Source of the DNA: Eledone cirrhosa
Lineage: Eukaryota
Direction: 5' to 3'
NCBI GenBank assembly: GCA_964016885.1
Contig: OZ024743.1
Coordinates: 82,026,001-82,090,000 of the forward strand
DNA length: 64,000 nucleotides
Both the position numbers and the translations under genes were made by a program. Positions 14,785 to 31,514 of the stretch are shown here, one piece after another; the first letter of the stretch is position 1; the number at the start of each line of letters is the position of its first letter. The notes beneath the pieces are model-generated. The model saw only the letters and a program-made list of their open reading frames with translations, searched no databases and was not told the origin of the DNA.

Positions 14785-15410
14785 GTGACCCATCTTATGA
14801 TGAACCACATCTTATGTGGCCCATCTTATGTTGAACCACATCCTATGTGACCCATCTTACGTTGAACCACATCCTATGTGGCCCATCTTAAGATGAACAA
14901 CATCCTATGTGACCCATCTTAAGATGAGCCACATCCTATGTAACCCATCTTATGTTGAACCACATCCTATGTGACCCATCTTATGTTGAACCACATCCTA
15001 TGTGCCCCACCTTATGATGAACCACATCCTATGCGGCCCATCGTATGATGAACAACATCCTATGTGACCCATCTTATGTTGAACCACATCCTATGTGGCC
15101 CATCTTAAGATGAACAACATCCTATGTGACCCATCTTAAGATGAACAACATCCTATGTGACCCATCTTAAGATGAACAACATCCTATGTGACTCATCTTA
15201 AGATGAACAACATCCTATGTGACCCATCTTAAGATGAACAACATCCTATGTGACCCATCTTAAGATGAACAACATCCTATGTGACCCATCTTAAGATGAA
15301 CAACATCCTATGTGACCCATCTTAAGATGAACAACATCCTATGTGACTCATCATAAGATGGGCCACATATGATGTGGTCCATCATATGATGAACCACATC
15401 ATATGTGGTC
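14785..15410. repeat. 31-bp minisatellite (~20 copies) inside a hAT-type MITE copy (14719-15439)
   Basis: Unit catcctatgtgacccatcttaagatgaacaa; flanks match the MITE at 15592-15755. Confidence 0.9.
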
Positions 15411-15591
15411 CACTGCTTGAAACATGTTGCTCATGCATGACATAGAATGAGTCTTTCTTTAAATTTTTGTCCATACACAGAGAACTGGTGAAAGGATTGT
15501 TGGGTCCGCGATGAGAACAATCTTGGCCTTTGTGTAAAGACATGGCCGAATGAGAAATAAGACGAAACCTATACCCAGTGCTTTTCTAGAA

Positions 15592-15755
15592 CAGTCATGG
15601 GTAAACTGCTGCCTTGAGCCGCCTGCGGCTCGTTAGGCTTTCAGAGTGGCACGGTTAATTTCAAAATTGCCTTGAATCTTTTAGTTGTGCGGCCCGTCTT
15701 ATAATGAGCCACATCTTATGCGGCCCACTGCTTGAAAAAATGTTGCCCATACCGG
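15592..15755. mobile_element. hAT-type non-autonomous element (MITE)
   Basis: Termini CAGTCATGGGTAA / TTGCCCATACCGG; 8-bp flanks ttctagaa / gtctagca (6/8 match). Confidence 0.65.
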
Positions 15756-16590
15756 GTCTAGCACTTCATTTATTAACCCTGAAATGGTGAAAGGCAAAAA
15801 TGACCTCGGTGGGAGATGAACTGAAGAAACAGAAAGCCGAAATAAACCCAACATATTCTACCCGACGCCCCAACAAACCTGTCAATTGGCCGCTATGTAG
15901 AATGAATGAATCACCAACTGGTAATGGAAATAGATTTTTCAATAAACAGTAAGAAAGAAGTTGCCAGGAGGTAGACATTGTGTTGACTTTGAGAGTTAGA
16001 AGACTTTTCCTCTGTAAGTCCATTGTATGGTATATACACTATATATATTGTGTTATGGCGTATACACACGCTCACATATATATACATACATATATATAGT
16101 TACACACGTGCGTGTGTGTGAGTGCGTGCGTGTGTGCGTGTGTGTGTGTAGGTGTGTGTGTGTGTTCAAGACCAACCGGTTGTTATTTCTATTGCTCTAC
16201 TGACCACACATTAAGCTGTTTAACATGAATCGTTCTTCCACAAACCGACGATTTATATCTTATATATATAATAACTTCTGCTGCTACTGCTGGCTAATAC
16301 ATTAAACATACACACACACACTCACATACACACACATACACACACACACACATATACACACACACATACATGCACACACGTGCATTCGCAGAGACGCATG
16401 CGTGCATATAGAAATATCCTGAAAAACGGACATATTTTATAATGTTAGACAAATACCTTGTATTTTCCTTTCGTCTCTCTCGTTTCTCTTACAAATACAA
16501 TCCATACTCCGTCTGTGTGTGTGTGTGTGTGTGTGGGTGTGTGTGTGTGGGTGTGTGTGGGTGTGTGGGTGTGTGGGTGTGTGGGTGTGT

Positions 16591-16659
<69 letters not shown>

Positions 16660-16725
16660 TGTTTATAAAAAGTAGACAGAAAGCAAACGACACAGTACAT
16701 TGAAGAAATATATTAGTTTAGCGCT

Positions 16726-16786
<61 letters not shown>

Positions 16787-17104
16787 AGATACATACGTGC
16801 ATGCTTATAATAATATATCATATATAGCTCACAGCATGTCCACAGCTCTCTGTTCAAAGCGAGTAAGAAGATAAAAATAATATATATATATATATATATA
16901 TGTGTGTGAGTGTGTTCATTATTATATTTTTCAGCCGAATGAAGACATCCCCGTTTCACTGTAGTGCAGCGATCATCCGGAGCTCAGGAGTATTTCTATA
17001 TAGCTTTAAATTGTAGTTTTATCATGATTAATCGTAAAAATAAAACATTTTATGGCTTTAGTATTCCATATTCAATTGTTAATATGTTTATATCTAGAAA
17101 GATG

Positions 17105-17390
17105 GAGCGTAGCTGAGAGATCAGAGAATGATTCCAGGTAGAGCTGCTAGTTCTCCGAACTGAGAGATCACAGCTCGGATACTATCGACATGGTGTTAGA
17201 ATGACTCGCTGGACAGATTTATTGGGAAAACCAACTGGCAGGAGAACCAGAGGTAGACCCTGAGAAAGATGGTTTCACAACATCCACGAGCTTGGGGATC
17301 TCTCAATTCAGAGAAGTAGCAGCTCTACCTGGAGTGACTCTCTGATCCCCGAGCTACCCAATCTATTCAGACACGTTACTCCAAAGAAGC
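17105..17390. mobile_element. RTE fragments: + piece (17105-17295) followed by an overlapping - piece (17296-17390)
   Basis: ccaggtagagctgcta on + and tagcagctctacctggagtgactc as its reverse complement. Confidence 0.7.
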
Positions 17391-18299
17391 TATTGAAACC
17401 ATAATTTGAATTACATTAATTCTATAAATTAATTTCTCATTAAGCGAGACACTAATTCCCGTCGCTCCAGTTCAACCGGCTGTAAAAACCTGAGTTGTAC
17501 CAGTAATTCACGAGGTCAGACATGCCAATCACTATGTCACACAAATTCTCCCTAAAACTACATTAAGTGTGCACGTGTCTGTGAGCTGCTCGGCCCCTTG
17601 ATCTATAACATAAGATGGAGTGTAACCTGTAATTCAAAGGTTCAACCTTGTCCCACACCATTATACTGAATCTTCCTGAAAAGTACGTTAAAGTACACGT
17701 ACTTGTGTAGTGTTGAGCCAACTGTAATGCAAGATTGACTACACCAATAAAACTACCTGGGAACTATGTTAACTATACACGTGTCTGTGACACAGCCACT
17801 TACACGTTAATTCCATTAACAGTTCCGTGGTTCGAACAACTGGAACACTCATCGTTGGAACAACGGAGGTCCAATAACACCTGTGAGAGAGCGGGGGGGG
17901 GGATAGGCAGTTAAACAGATGGAGTGTTCTGAAAGATGTATGCGTGTATGCGTGTCTGTGTATTAGTGTGTTTATGTATGCGTGTATGTGTGTGAATGTG
18001 TATGTGTGTGTGTGTGTATGTGTGTGTGTGTGTGTGTGCGTGTGTGTATGTGAATGTATGTGTGTGTGTGAATGTGTATGTATGTGTATATGTATGTGTG
18101 TGTATGTGTATGTGAAAGTAAGGCGAAGGTGTTAGCTAGAAGTCTGAAATGATGGTGTCAATATGGAGGTCAGGGCCAGAGGACGGGGGAGAGAGATGAC
18201 GTCAGAAGAAGACTAGACGGTGGGGTAGGGTGGTATGTAAATAAGGTAAAGGAGTGCATGTCTACATGTATATAATACACATGTAGAGCTGGTGCTACC

Positions 18300-20505
18300 A
18301 TTATGGCTAACTAGGGTGCATCAAGGAAGATTGCCGTAGGCTTGACTTCACCTTGGAAGTTGCAGAGGAGCTGACACGGGACCGCCAGCGATGGAGGACA
18401 CTGGTGGACTTGGTCGGCTCTAAGCACGACGATGCTTTGGGATCACATCCTGAATTTCGGCTGAAGTTGTCGGCCTTTCTCAGCGCTCAGCCTCGGCCGA
18501 CGAGGTAGGACTGAAGTCCGCTACCGTCTCTGACTCGCTACTTCCCCCGAACAACCGAGCAAAGTGCTGGCGAAAGGCCTCACACATCCACTTGGAATCG
18601 CTCAGCTCGTTTCCATCTAGGTCGATCAAAGACCGAATTGTGATTTTATTACCACGCTGCGCTTCAGCCACGCGGGCCCATCGAACAGCTTTGGTTCCCT
18701 CGTTTCTCAGCGCACGCGCCTTAGCTCTGACAATGCAACCTTCGTGTTTTGCATTGAAGAAATTGTCTAATACCATTCTGGCCGCTAGCACGTCAGTTGC
18801 AATGCCACTACAAATAGCCTCGTCTAACTTATCTACCAGCTCCCCCTCCTTTCTATTTTTCTCTAACGCTACTTCTTTGCTGAACTCTATCGAAGTTACT
18901 CTAATCTCTCTTTTGAGAGCCCCCACCACCACCATCTGTTGGTGATGACCCCCCCCCCCCCCCTGTCAACTTTTGCTTAACTAAATTGTTGACCCGGTCC
19001 CTGTAAGCCTTACGTGCCGGAAACGACATGTTCAGCTTCCAGTAACCAGGTCCTAACCTACGCGTTTTATCTAGGTCGACTATGCAGATGACAAACTTGT
19101 GATCTGAATAGGCGAGACGTACCCAGAAAAGTTCCCAGGCGCCTAAAGAAGTCCGGTTGTCCGTAGATGGCCAGCAGTCTAAAGGCACCACCTTCGCTAT
19201 TGCTCATATCCAGGGCCACCAACTTACCGCCTGGGTCTCGGAAGATCGACCTTACCTTGAGATCCAGGCCTTTCCGAAACAGCACTGCCACCCCACCCCC
19301 AATTCCTGGCCGATTAACAGTTGCAAAGATCTGATAGTCGTCGAAAATGGGGGCTTGTGTGCGCGTGTCGGAAATCCTGGTCTAGCTGACGGCAATTAAA
19401 TCCATTTCTAGAGACCTGAGGTCGTTGAGCAGCCGACCCTGCTTCCACGGCGACCCCAGGCCTCGAACATTTAAACTTCCTACTCTTAATATGTCCATGT
19501 TGGTAGGCTAAAAGAGAGAGGAAAGGTTTATTAACCTGCCGAGCTCTTGTGAAGGTCGAGTGGTTCGACCTCCATAGTTCGTGGGGTTTCTTTTGGGAAC
19601 CCCTTTAAAAGTCTCGATGTGGGTTTTACGTTCGGGATTCCCACGTCCCGAGGAAAGCTGTCTCGAATCCCTTTGTAGAAACCGAGCGACATTCGCTCCA
19701 GAAACAAATATTCTGGCATGCGAAATGTGTTCGATTTAAAAATCTCCCCGTATGTTTGAATTTCTTTCCTTCGTGCTACGGGGGCCATCAATTCCTTGTT
19801 GGCCCTTCTGACAAGCACGAGGTTTTGTATCTGTTGTTGGTGCGGTTTTATTTGTTTGCATGACTGTGGCGGTGATGGTTTTGTCGGTGTTGTTTGCGTG
19901 GGTGGTGTCTAATGTTTTATTCTGGGTGTTTTTGTGCTTTGTGGAGTTTTTTTCTTTTTTGCTTTTTTGGGGATTTTGGTTTTCCTTCACCTTCACGGCT
20001 GGAAGATAAGGGGTCTGTGGCTGTGTGTCTGTGTTTATGTTTTTGTTCATGTGTGTATTTTTTGGTGGGGAGCATTCTTTGTTTCCTCCCTGGGTGGCCA
20101 ATGTTGGTGGTGGCGTTTCCATTGGTGTTGTTGCTGGTGGTTTTGTCGGTGCTGGTGTTGGTGGTGGTCCTCGCCCCGGCGTCTGCAGCAGTGGAGGCCT
20201 TCACCCCCTTGCACTTTTCAGCAGTTGAGGGCAGAAGGCTCGCAAATGGGTTGTTTTTCCGCAAAGAAAACAATGCGGCCCCTCAGTCATTATATGTACC
20301 ACCGTCCCATTCTAGAGACGGATGTGGTTCGGGATTATTTTTACATTCCCGGGCCTGATCTGGAGAAGTATCTCCAGGTCAACCTCGGACCAGTCCCCCC
20401 TGGCAGTTCTTGTATCCTCTACCGGGACGGTATCCGTCCCCTCTACAATCGCGCATCTTCGGAGCCACCACATGTCAAGTCCTGGTGGAATCCTGGGAAT
20501 GCGGA
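18300..20505 (-). mobile_element. Tx1/L1-type LINE 5' half: ORF1 (CCHC knuckle) and start of ORF2 (APE endonuclease), decayed
   Basis: ORF1 CFLCGKTTHLRAFCP near 20230-20275; ORF2 from ATG 19498 MDILRVGSLNVRGL..SDHK..GPGYWKLN..GCIVRAKAR..FRQHFARLF; many frameshifts; RT missing. Confidence 0.88.
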
Positions 20506-20544
20506 CACGAGCATACGTATATATATATATTCATATGTCGAGTG

Positions 20545-20665
20545 TTTGTATAATATATTTACCTCTACATTCACATATCGAGGGTGTATATAATATATTT
20601 ACATCTTTGTTCACATATCGAGGGTGTATATAATATATTTACATCTCTGTTCACACACCGAGGGA
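20545..20665. repeat. ~40-bp unit x3
   Basis: tataatatatttacatctctgttcacatatcgagggtgta. Confidence 0.8.
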
Positions 20666-20771
20666 TTATTCTTTATTGATTATAACCCTACACTCAAGCA
20701 ACGATAAAATGGTGGGGTTGGACGCAGGTAGAGTGGCTGTTTCAGCGTATCTCCCTCTCCTTCCTCTGTAG

Positions 20772-20803
20772 CATTCTCCCACCTGTCGGCCGGGTCCCAG
20801 AGG
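20772..20803 (+). CDS. Candidate 32-nt internal exon
   Basis: Acceptor ctccctctccttcctctgtag and donor AGG|GTAAGT. Confidence 0.25.
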
Positions 20804-20884
20804 GTAAGTTAGTTCGTGGTGCATAATTATATGCAACCTTAACTAAGTTATGTTGCCAAAACCAGATAAGTACGTAGTCCACTT

Positions 20885-21125
20885 CACCAGTACTGGGGTC
20901 GATATGACCGACTGATTCTTGGCGGGGCCCCAGCAAGGCCGCAGTCCAATGACTGAAGGGGTCAATATAACCAATTTGTATCATGGCGGTGCCCCAGCAA
21001 GGCCGTAGTCCAATGACTGACTGTATCATGACGGTGCCCCAGCAAGGCCGCAGTCCAATGACCGACTGATTCAAGGCGGTGTCCCAGCATGGCCGCAGTC
21101 CAATGACTGAAACAGTAAAATGAAA
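20885..21125 (+). mobile_element. SINE 3' tail with four tandem ~45-bp copies
   Basis: ggtgccccagca(a/t)ggccgcagtccaatgactga x4, ending gaaacagtaaaa; inverted partial copy at ~39075-39115. Confidence 0.7.
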
Positions 21126-21904
21126 TAAAGAATATTAGTGAGGAAGGTGAGAGGTGGCAAAGTGATTGTTTGCTCGGCTGAATATAGAATGTTGAGACTT
21201 TGCAGACGGGAAATGTTTTAACCATTTCACGGTTGATGGTATGTAGGACTCGTCGGGGAGAGGGCGGCTGTGTTGAGGTGGGGAGTATATATAGGTGTTG
21301 GTGGGAGGGAGAGGGGGCAAAAATAGATCTTGGTGGGAGGGAAAGACTGTAAGGAGAGGGGCGAGTATATATAGGTGTTGGCGGGAGGGAGAGGGAGAGT
21401 TACTGACTAAGGGGTATTATAAATAGGTTTTGGAGGAGATTGGATGGCAGTAGTAGGTGTTGTGAGAGAGAAGAAATATTATGTCTTGTAAAGAGAGAAG
21501 AGAGAGGCTGGAAGTGGATGTGGGTAAAGAGAGGGAAGGGTATTGTATGTAGGTCGTGTGAAGAGAGGGAGGCAGAGAGAGAGTGAATGTGAGAGTGTGT
21601 GAGAGAGTGAGAGTGTGTGAGAGAGTGCGAGAGATTAAGAGAGAGAGTGAGAGAGAGTGAGAGAGTGAACGAGATTGAGAGTGTGTGAGAGAGAGAGTGT
21701 GTGTGAGAAAGAGAGAGAGTGAGAGAGAGAATGAGAGAGAGAGTGATAGAAAGAGTGAGAGAGAGTGAGAGAGAGAGAGAGAGAGAGAGCGGGTGATATT
21801 AAAGTAGACCATTTTCACTCAGTTTCTATTTTTATCTTGAAACAACCAATCTTCGTTGTCTAGTCTTCTTCAGTAGTTAATCTATGAATCTGGTTGTTTT
21901 TAGT

Positions 21905-24900
21905 CATCTCTACGCTAATTAACACTATCTATACCAAACCTGGCCTTAGTCTCTACAGTAGTTAACACTATCTATACCAAACCTGGTCTTAGTCTCTACA
22001 GTAGTTAACACTATCTATACCAAACCTGGTCTTAGTCTCTACAGTAGTTAACACTATATATACCAAACCAAGCCCTAGTCTCTACAGTAGTTAACACTAT
22101 CTATACCAAACCTTGTCTTAGTCATCTCTACAGTAGTTAACACTATCTATACCACTCCTGGTCTTAGTCTCTACAGTAGTTAACACTATCTATACCAAAC
22201 CTGGTCTTAGACTCTACCGTAGTTAACACTATCTATACCAAACCTGGTTTTAGTCTTTATAGTAGTTAATAATATCTATACCAAACCTGGTCTTAGTCTC
22301 TACAGTAGTTAACACTATCTATACCAAACTTGGTCTTAGTCTCTACAGTAGTTAAAACTATCTATACCAAACCTTGTCTTAGTCTCTACAGTAGTTAACA
22401 CTATCTATAGCGAACCTTATCTTAGTCTCTACAGTAGTTAACACTATCTATATCAAACCTTGTCTTACTCTCTACAGTAGTTAATACTATCCATACCAAA
22501 CCTGGCCTTAGTCTCTACAGTAGTTAACACTATCTATACCAAACCTTGTCTTAATCATCTCTACAGTAGTTAACACAATCTATACCAAACCTGGCCTTAG
22601 TCTCTACAGTAGTTAACACTATCTATACCAAACCTGGTCTTAGTCTCTACAGTAGTTAACACTATCTATACCAAACCGGGCCTTAGTCTCTACAGTAGTT
22701 AACACTATCTATACCAAACCTTGTCTTAATCATCTCTACAGTAGTTAACACAATCTATACCAAACCTGGCCTTAGTCTCTACAGTAGTTAACACTATCTA
22801 TACCAAACCTGGTCTTAGTCTCTACAGTAGTTAACACTATCTATACCAAACCGGGCCTTAGTCTCTACAGTAGTTAACACTATCTATACCAAACCTTGTC
22901 TTAATCATCTCTACAGTAGTTAACACTATCTATACCAAACCTGGCCTTCGTCTCTACAGTAGTTAACACTATCTATACCAAACCTGGCCTTAGTCTCTAC
23001 AGTAGTTAACACTATCTATACCAAACCTTCTCTTAATCATCTTTACAGTAGTTAACACTATCTATATCAAACCTGGCCTTAGTCTCTACAGTAGTTAACA
23101 CTATCTATACCAAACCTGGCCTTAGTCTCTACAGTAGTTAACACTATCTATACCAAACCTGGTCTTAGTCTCTACAGTTGTTAACACTATCTATACCAAA
23201 CCTTGTCTTAGTCTCTATAGTAGTTAACACTATCTATACCAAACCTGGTCTTAGTCTCTACAGTTGTTAACACTATCTATACCAAACCTGGTCTTAGTCT
23301 CTACAGTTGTTAACACTATCTATACCAAACCTGACCTTAGTCTCTACAGTAGTTAACACTATCTATACCAGACCTGGCCTTAGTCTCTACAGTAGTTAAC
23401 ACTATCTATACCAAACCAGGTCTTAGTCATCTCTACAGTAGTTAACACTATCTATACCAAACCTGGTCTTAGTCTCTACAGTAGTTAACACTATCTATAC
23501 CAAACCTGGCCTTAGTCTCTACAGTAGTTAACACTATCTATACCAAACCTGGTCTTAGTCTCTACAGTAGTTAACACTATCTATACCAAACCTGGTCTTA
23601 GTCTCTACAGTAGTTAACACTATATATACCAAACCTAGCCTTAGTCTCTACAGTAGTTAACACTATCTATACCAAACCTAGCCTTAGTCTCTAGAGTAGT
23701 TAACACTATCTATACCAAACATTGTCTTAGTCATCTCTACAGTAGTTAACACTATCTATACCACTCCTGGTCTTAGTCTCTACAGTAGTTAACACTATCT
23801 ATACCAAACCTGGTCTTAGACTCTACCGTAGTTAACACTATCTATACCAAACCTGGTTTTAGTCTTTATAGTAGTTAATACTATCTATAACAAACCTGGT
23901 CTTAGTCTCTACAGTAGTTAACACTATCTATACCAAACTTGGTCTTAGTCTCTACAGTAGTTAAAACTATCTATACCAAACCTTGTCTTAGTCTCTACAG
24001 TAGTTAACACTATCTATACCAAACCTGGCCTTAGTCTCTACAGTAGTTAATACTATCTATACTAAACCTTGTCTTAGTCTCAACAGTAGTTAACACTATC
24101 TATAGCGAACCTTATCTTAGTCTCTACAGTAGTTAACACTATCTATATCAAACCTTGTCTTAGTCTCTACAGTAGTTAATACTATCCATACCAAACCTGG
24201 CCTTAGTCTCTACAGTAGTTAACAATATCTATACCAAACCTTGTCTTAATCATCTCTACAGTAGTTAACACTATCTATACCAAACCTGGCCTTAGTCTCT
24301 ACAGTAGTTAACACTATCTATACCAAACCTGGTCTTAGTCTCTACAGTAGTTAACACTATCTATACCAAACCTGGCCTTAGTCTCTACAGTAGTTAACAC
24401 TATCTATACCAAACCTTGTCTTAATCATCTCTACAGTAGTTAACACTATCTATACCAAACCTGGTCTTAGTCTCTACAGTTGTTAACACTATCTATACCA
24501 AACCTGGTCTTAGTCTCTACAGTTGTTAACACTATCTATACCAAACCTTGTCTTAGTCTCTACAGTAGTTAACACTATCTATACCAAACCTGACCTTAGT
24601 CTCTACAGTAGTTAACACTATCTATACCAGACCTGGCCTTAGTCTCTACAGTAGTTAACACTAGCTATACCAAACCTGGTCTTAGTCATCTCTACAGTAG
24701 TTAACACTATCTATACCAAACCTGGTCTTAGTCTCTACAGTAGTTAACACTATCTATACCAAACCTTGTCTTAGTCTCTACAGTAGTTAACACTATCTAT
24801 ACCAAACCTGGTCTTAGTCTCTACAGTAGTTAATACTATATTTACCAAACCTGGCCTTAGTCTCTACAGTATTTAACACTATCTATACCAAACCTGGCCC

Positions 24901-26540
24901 TAGTCTCTACAGTATTTAACACAATCTATACCAAACCTGGTCTTAGTCTCTACAGTAGTTAACACTATCTATACCAAACCTAGCCTTAGTCGCTACAGTA
25001 GTTAACACTATCTATACCAAACCTGGTCTTAGTCTGTACAGTAGTTAACACTATCTATACCAAACTTGACCTTAGTCTCTACAGTAGTTAACACTATCTA
25101 TACCAAACCTAGCCTTAGTCGCTACAGTAGTTAACACTATCTATACCAAACCTGGTCTTAGTCATCTCTACAGTAGTTAACACTATCTATACCAAACCTA
25201 GCCTTAGTCTCTACAGTAGTTAACACTATCTATACCAAACCTGGTCTTAGTTTCTACAGTAGTTAACACTATCTATACCAAACCTGGTCTTAGTCATCTC
25301 TACAGTAGTTAACACTATCTATACCAAACCTAGCCTTAGTCTCTACAGTAGTTAACACTATCTATACCAAACCTGGTCTTATTCTCTACAGTAATTAACA
25401 CTATCTATACCAAACCTAGTCTTAATCTCTACAGTATTTAGCACTATCTATACCAAACCTGGTCTTAGTCATCTCTACAGTAGTTAACACTATCTATACC
25501 ACTCCTGGTCTTAGTCTCTACAGTAGTTAACACTATCTATACCAAACCTGGTCTTAGTCTCTACAGTAGTTAACACTATCTATACCAAACCTGGTCTTAG
25601 TGTCTACAGTAGTTAACACTATCTATACCAAACCTGGCCCTAGTCTCTACAGTATTTAACACAATCTATACCAAACCTGGTCTTAGTTTCTACAGTAGTT
25701 AACACTATCTATACCAAACCTAGCCTTAGTCGCTACAGTAGTTAACACTATCTATACCAAACCTGGTATAAGTTTCTACAGTAGTTAACACTATCTATAC
25801 CAAACCTAGCCTTAGTCGCTACAGTAGTTAACACTATCTATACCAAACCTGGTATAAGTCTCTACAGTAGTTAACACTATCTATACCAAACCTGGTCTTA
25901 GTCTCTACAGTAGTTAACACTATCTATACCAAACCTGACCTTAGTCTCTACAGTAGTTAACACTATCTATACCAAACCTGACCTTAGTCTCTACAGTAGT
26001 TAACACTATCTATACTAAACCTGGTCTTAGTCTCTACTGTAGTTAACACTATATATACTAAACCTGGTCTTAGTCTCTCCAGTAGTTAACACTATCTATA
26101 CCACACCTAGTCTTAGTCTCTACAGTAGTTAACACTATCTATACCACAGCTGGTGTTAGTCTCTACATTAGTTAACACTATCTATACCAAACCTTGCCTT
26201 AGTCTCTACAGTAGTTAACACTATCTATACCAAACCTGGTCTTAGTCTCTACAGTAGTTAACACTATCTATACCAAACCTGGTCTTAGTCTCTACAGTAC
26301 TTAACACTATCTATACCAAACCTAGCCTTAGTCTCTACAGTAGTTAATACTATCTATACCAAACCTGGCCTTAGACTCTACAGTAGTTAACACTATCTAT
26401 ACCAAACCTTGTCTTAATAATCTCTACAGTAGTTAACACTATCTATACCAAACCTGGTCTTAGTCTCTACAGTAGTTACCACTATCTATACCAAACCTGG
26501 CCTTAGTCTCTACAATAGTTAACACTATCTATACCAAACC
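21905..26540. repeat. 43-bp satellite, ~105 copies, with 46-bp (+CAT) variants
   Basis: Unit agtagttaacactatctataccaaacctggtcttagtctctac (period 22261 to 22304); no spacers. Confidence 0.98.
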
Positions 26541-26925
26541 CCCTGACATCATCCCTGCTCCTACGATACAAAACTAAGACTAAATTAAAACTTTTATTGT
26601 TGCTCCAACATAGCGGTATACGTATAGATTGACTTTGAACAAGTATTTAGATTTGTGTTTATGTTTTCATTATAAACAATTAGAAACAATTAGAAAATGC
26701 ACTCAATACATGTGTGAAAGTGATGTCCAAACGAGTATCTTCCACTACCAACTAACTTACTCCCCCCCCCCCCTCGGGGTCCTAGCCGGAGGACGGAGAA
26801 TGCATTGCATCGGAAGACGGTGAGAAGACTCGCTGGAACAGCCAGTCCCCCTCGCGGGGCTCACACCTGCGTCGGTCGGGCGGCCAACTCCGGCCCGTTA
26901 GCAGTGAGAAGAGACGTGGTCCGGA

Positions 26926-27102
26926 TAGGGTTGTTTATAAAAAACATTTGAAGGCGTTTAGCTATGTATTGTTAAGGTTGTTACAACCGTCATACACCTA
27001 ACCTCAGCACTCTGTTTTTTGTTGAGTTTAGATGTGTGAGGTTTCTTACAACCTTAAAAATTTGAAATGAAAGGCTTTCAAATGTTTTTCATAAACATCC
27101 TG
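26926..27102. mobile_element. Tc1/mariner-type MITE
   Basis: ~30-bp imperfect TIRs tagggttgtttataaaaaacatttgaaggc / gctttcaaatgtttttcataaacatcctg; TA at the right flank. Confidence 0.65.
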
Positions 27103-27942
27103 TATTTTATTCAATATACAATACTACATTTATAAGATTAAAGTGTTTATATTTATCTAAAAACCTTCCATCATAATGTTATTGAAGTATCTGTGTTAAG
27201 TTGTATAAAAAACATTACAATTTGTTTATATTTCTTACAGAATTAAAATATAAACACATATAATAAATACAATTAATTATGTCTAGGAGCCTCACAAAGA
27301 GAAAAATCAACAATATATGATGAAAGCGAGAGGAAAAAAGCAAAACGACCACCAAGTTCAACAATCGGCTTCTTACCACGACACAAGGGTCAACGAGATA
27401 GTTTGTTAGTAACTCGCGGATCCCAAATAATAGCGGTGGAGTGGGGTAAGCGGTGGGGTAAGCGGGGGAGGGGTTGGAAAACTGATAACTTTTCTAGGTT
27501 GTCTTCGGTGATTTTTTTAAAACCAGAATTAGTCGTTTAGTTTATATACAGAGACCCCAATCGATCCTATTTATTTTATAACATATGGGATTTCTTGTAA
27601 TGTACAAAATTAATTGTCGCAGGAATGCTGCCACTTAAAATAAAATTTAGCCGGAGATAGATTAGCAAAATTTGTTAAGCATTAGGGGGGGGGGGGTATT
27701 TGAGACCCGAGAGTATATTACTAAATCGCTCCAATTATTTAAAAAGTTATTTGCTAAACATAAGCAGTGTTTCATTGGATATATGTGTTAAGAATCATTA
27801 GAACATTCCATAGAGAAGGCTTGGTCGGTATTCTTTCTGTCTCACTGCAACATTAGTTCAAATTACAACTTTGCCTTTTGTCCTTTCGGGGCCGATAAAT
27901 GACTTGCCAGTTAAATATTAAGGTGAGTTTCTCCTCTCTCTG

Positions 27943-30781
<2,839 letters not shown>

Positions 30782-30814
30782 ATATATATATATATATATG
30801 AACACCACCACATG

Positions 30815-30871
<57 letters not shown>

Positions 30872-30873
<2 letters not shown>

Positions 30874-31255
30874 ACGTGGCCTAGTGGTAAGGGTGTTGGA
30901 CTTACGATCATAATGTCGTGGGTTCGATTCCTTGGTTGCGTGTTGTGATCTTGAGCAAAACACTTCATTTCAGGTTGCTCCAGTATACTCAGCTGAAAAT
31001 GAGTACCAGTAATAGCTGGGGATTTAACCCTGCGATGGACTGGCGTCCTGTCCAGGGGGAAGTCTTGTACTCTCAGTCGCTTCACCCAATGAAACCGGAA
31101 TAAGCACCGGCCAAATGAGTCTGCTGGCTTAACACAGACTTGATGGCACGTGACTTGGTGGTTGGAGTGTTGGACTTACGGTCATCAGGTTTGATTCCAA
31201 GACCAGGTGGCGTGTTGTATTCTTGAATAAGACACTTCATTTCGCGTTGCTTTCC
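30872..31255 (+). mobile_element. tRNA-derived SINE family B (30872-31140) plus a partial second copy (31146-31255)
   Basis: TGGCCTAGTGGTAAGG A-box, GGTTCGATTCC B-box, then ttgagcaaaacactt..aaatgagtaccag..cctgcgatggactggcgtcc. Confidence 0.85.
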
Positions 31256-31514
31256 ATGACAGCATTAAGGGAACTGTCGTTCAAACACCCAAGAAACCTG
31301 GTATGATATTCACCCTCGTAGGTAACCAAGCCAAATCTACAAAGGGGAGCTGAATCAACAACATACACATGTGTGTGGTGGTCTGGGATCCTTATAATTA
31401 AAACCTACTTGTGTATCAACAATAAATTATATCCTCTCTCAGTCTGCTACATGAAATATGATGGCCTAGAGAGTGGCCATCATATTTCGGGCCCCAACGA
31501 CCCTTTCAATATAA

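Noticed and set aside
21905-26540. CRISPR-like array
   Set aside because: Head-to-tail monomers with no unique spacers, no cas genes, and a eukaryotic context
30872-30945. Functional tRNA gene
   Set aside because: No proper acceptor stem, and it runs directly into a SINE body
30782-30963. N-terminal 60 aa of the 421-aa RT ORF
   Set aside because: Read-through from an antisense SINE and (GA)n/(TA)n; the PLE starts near MGTRMG
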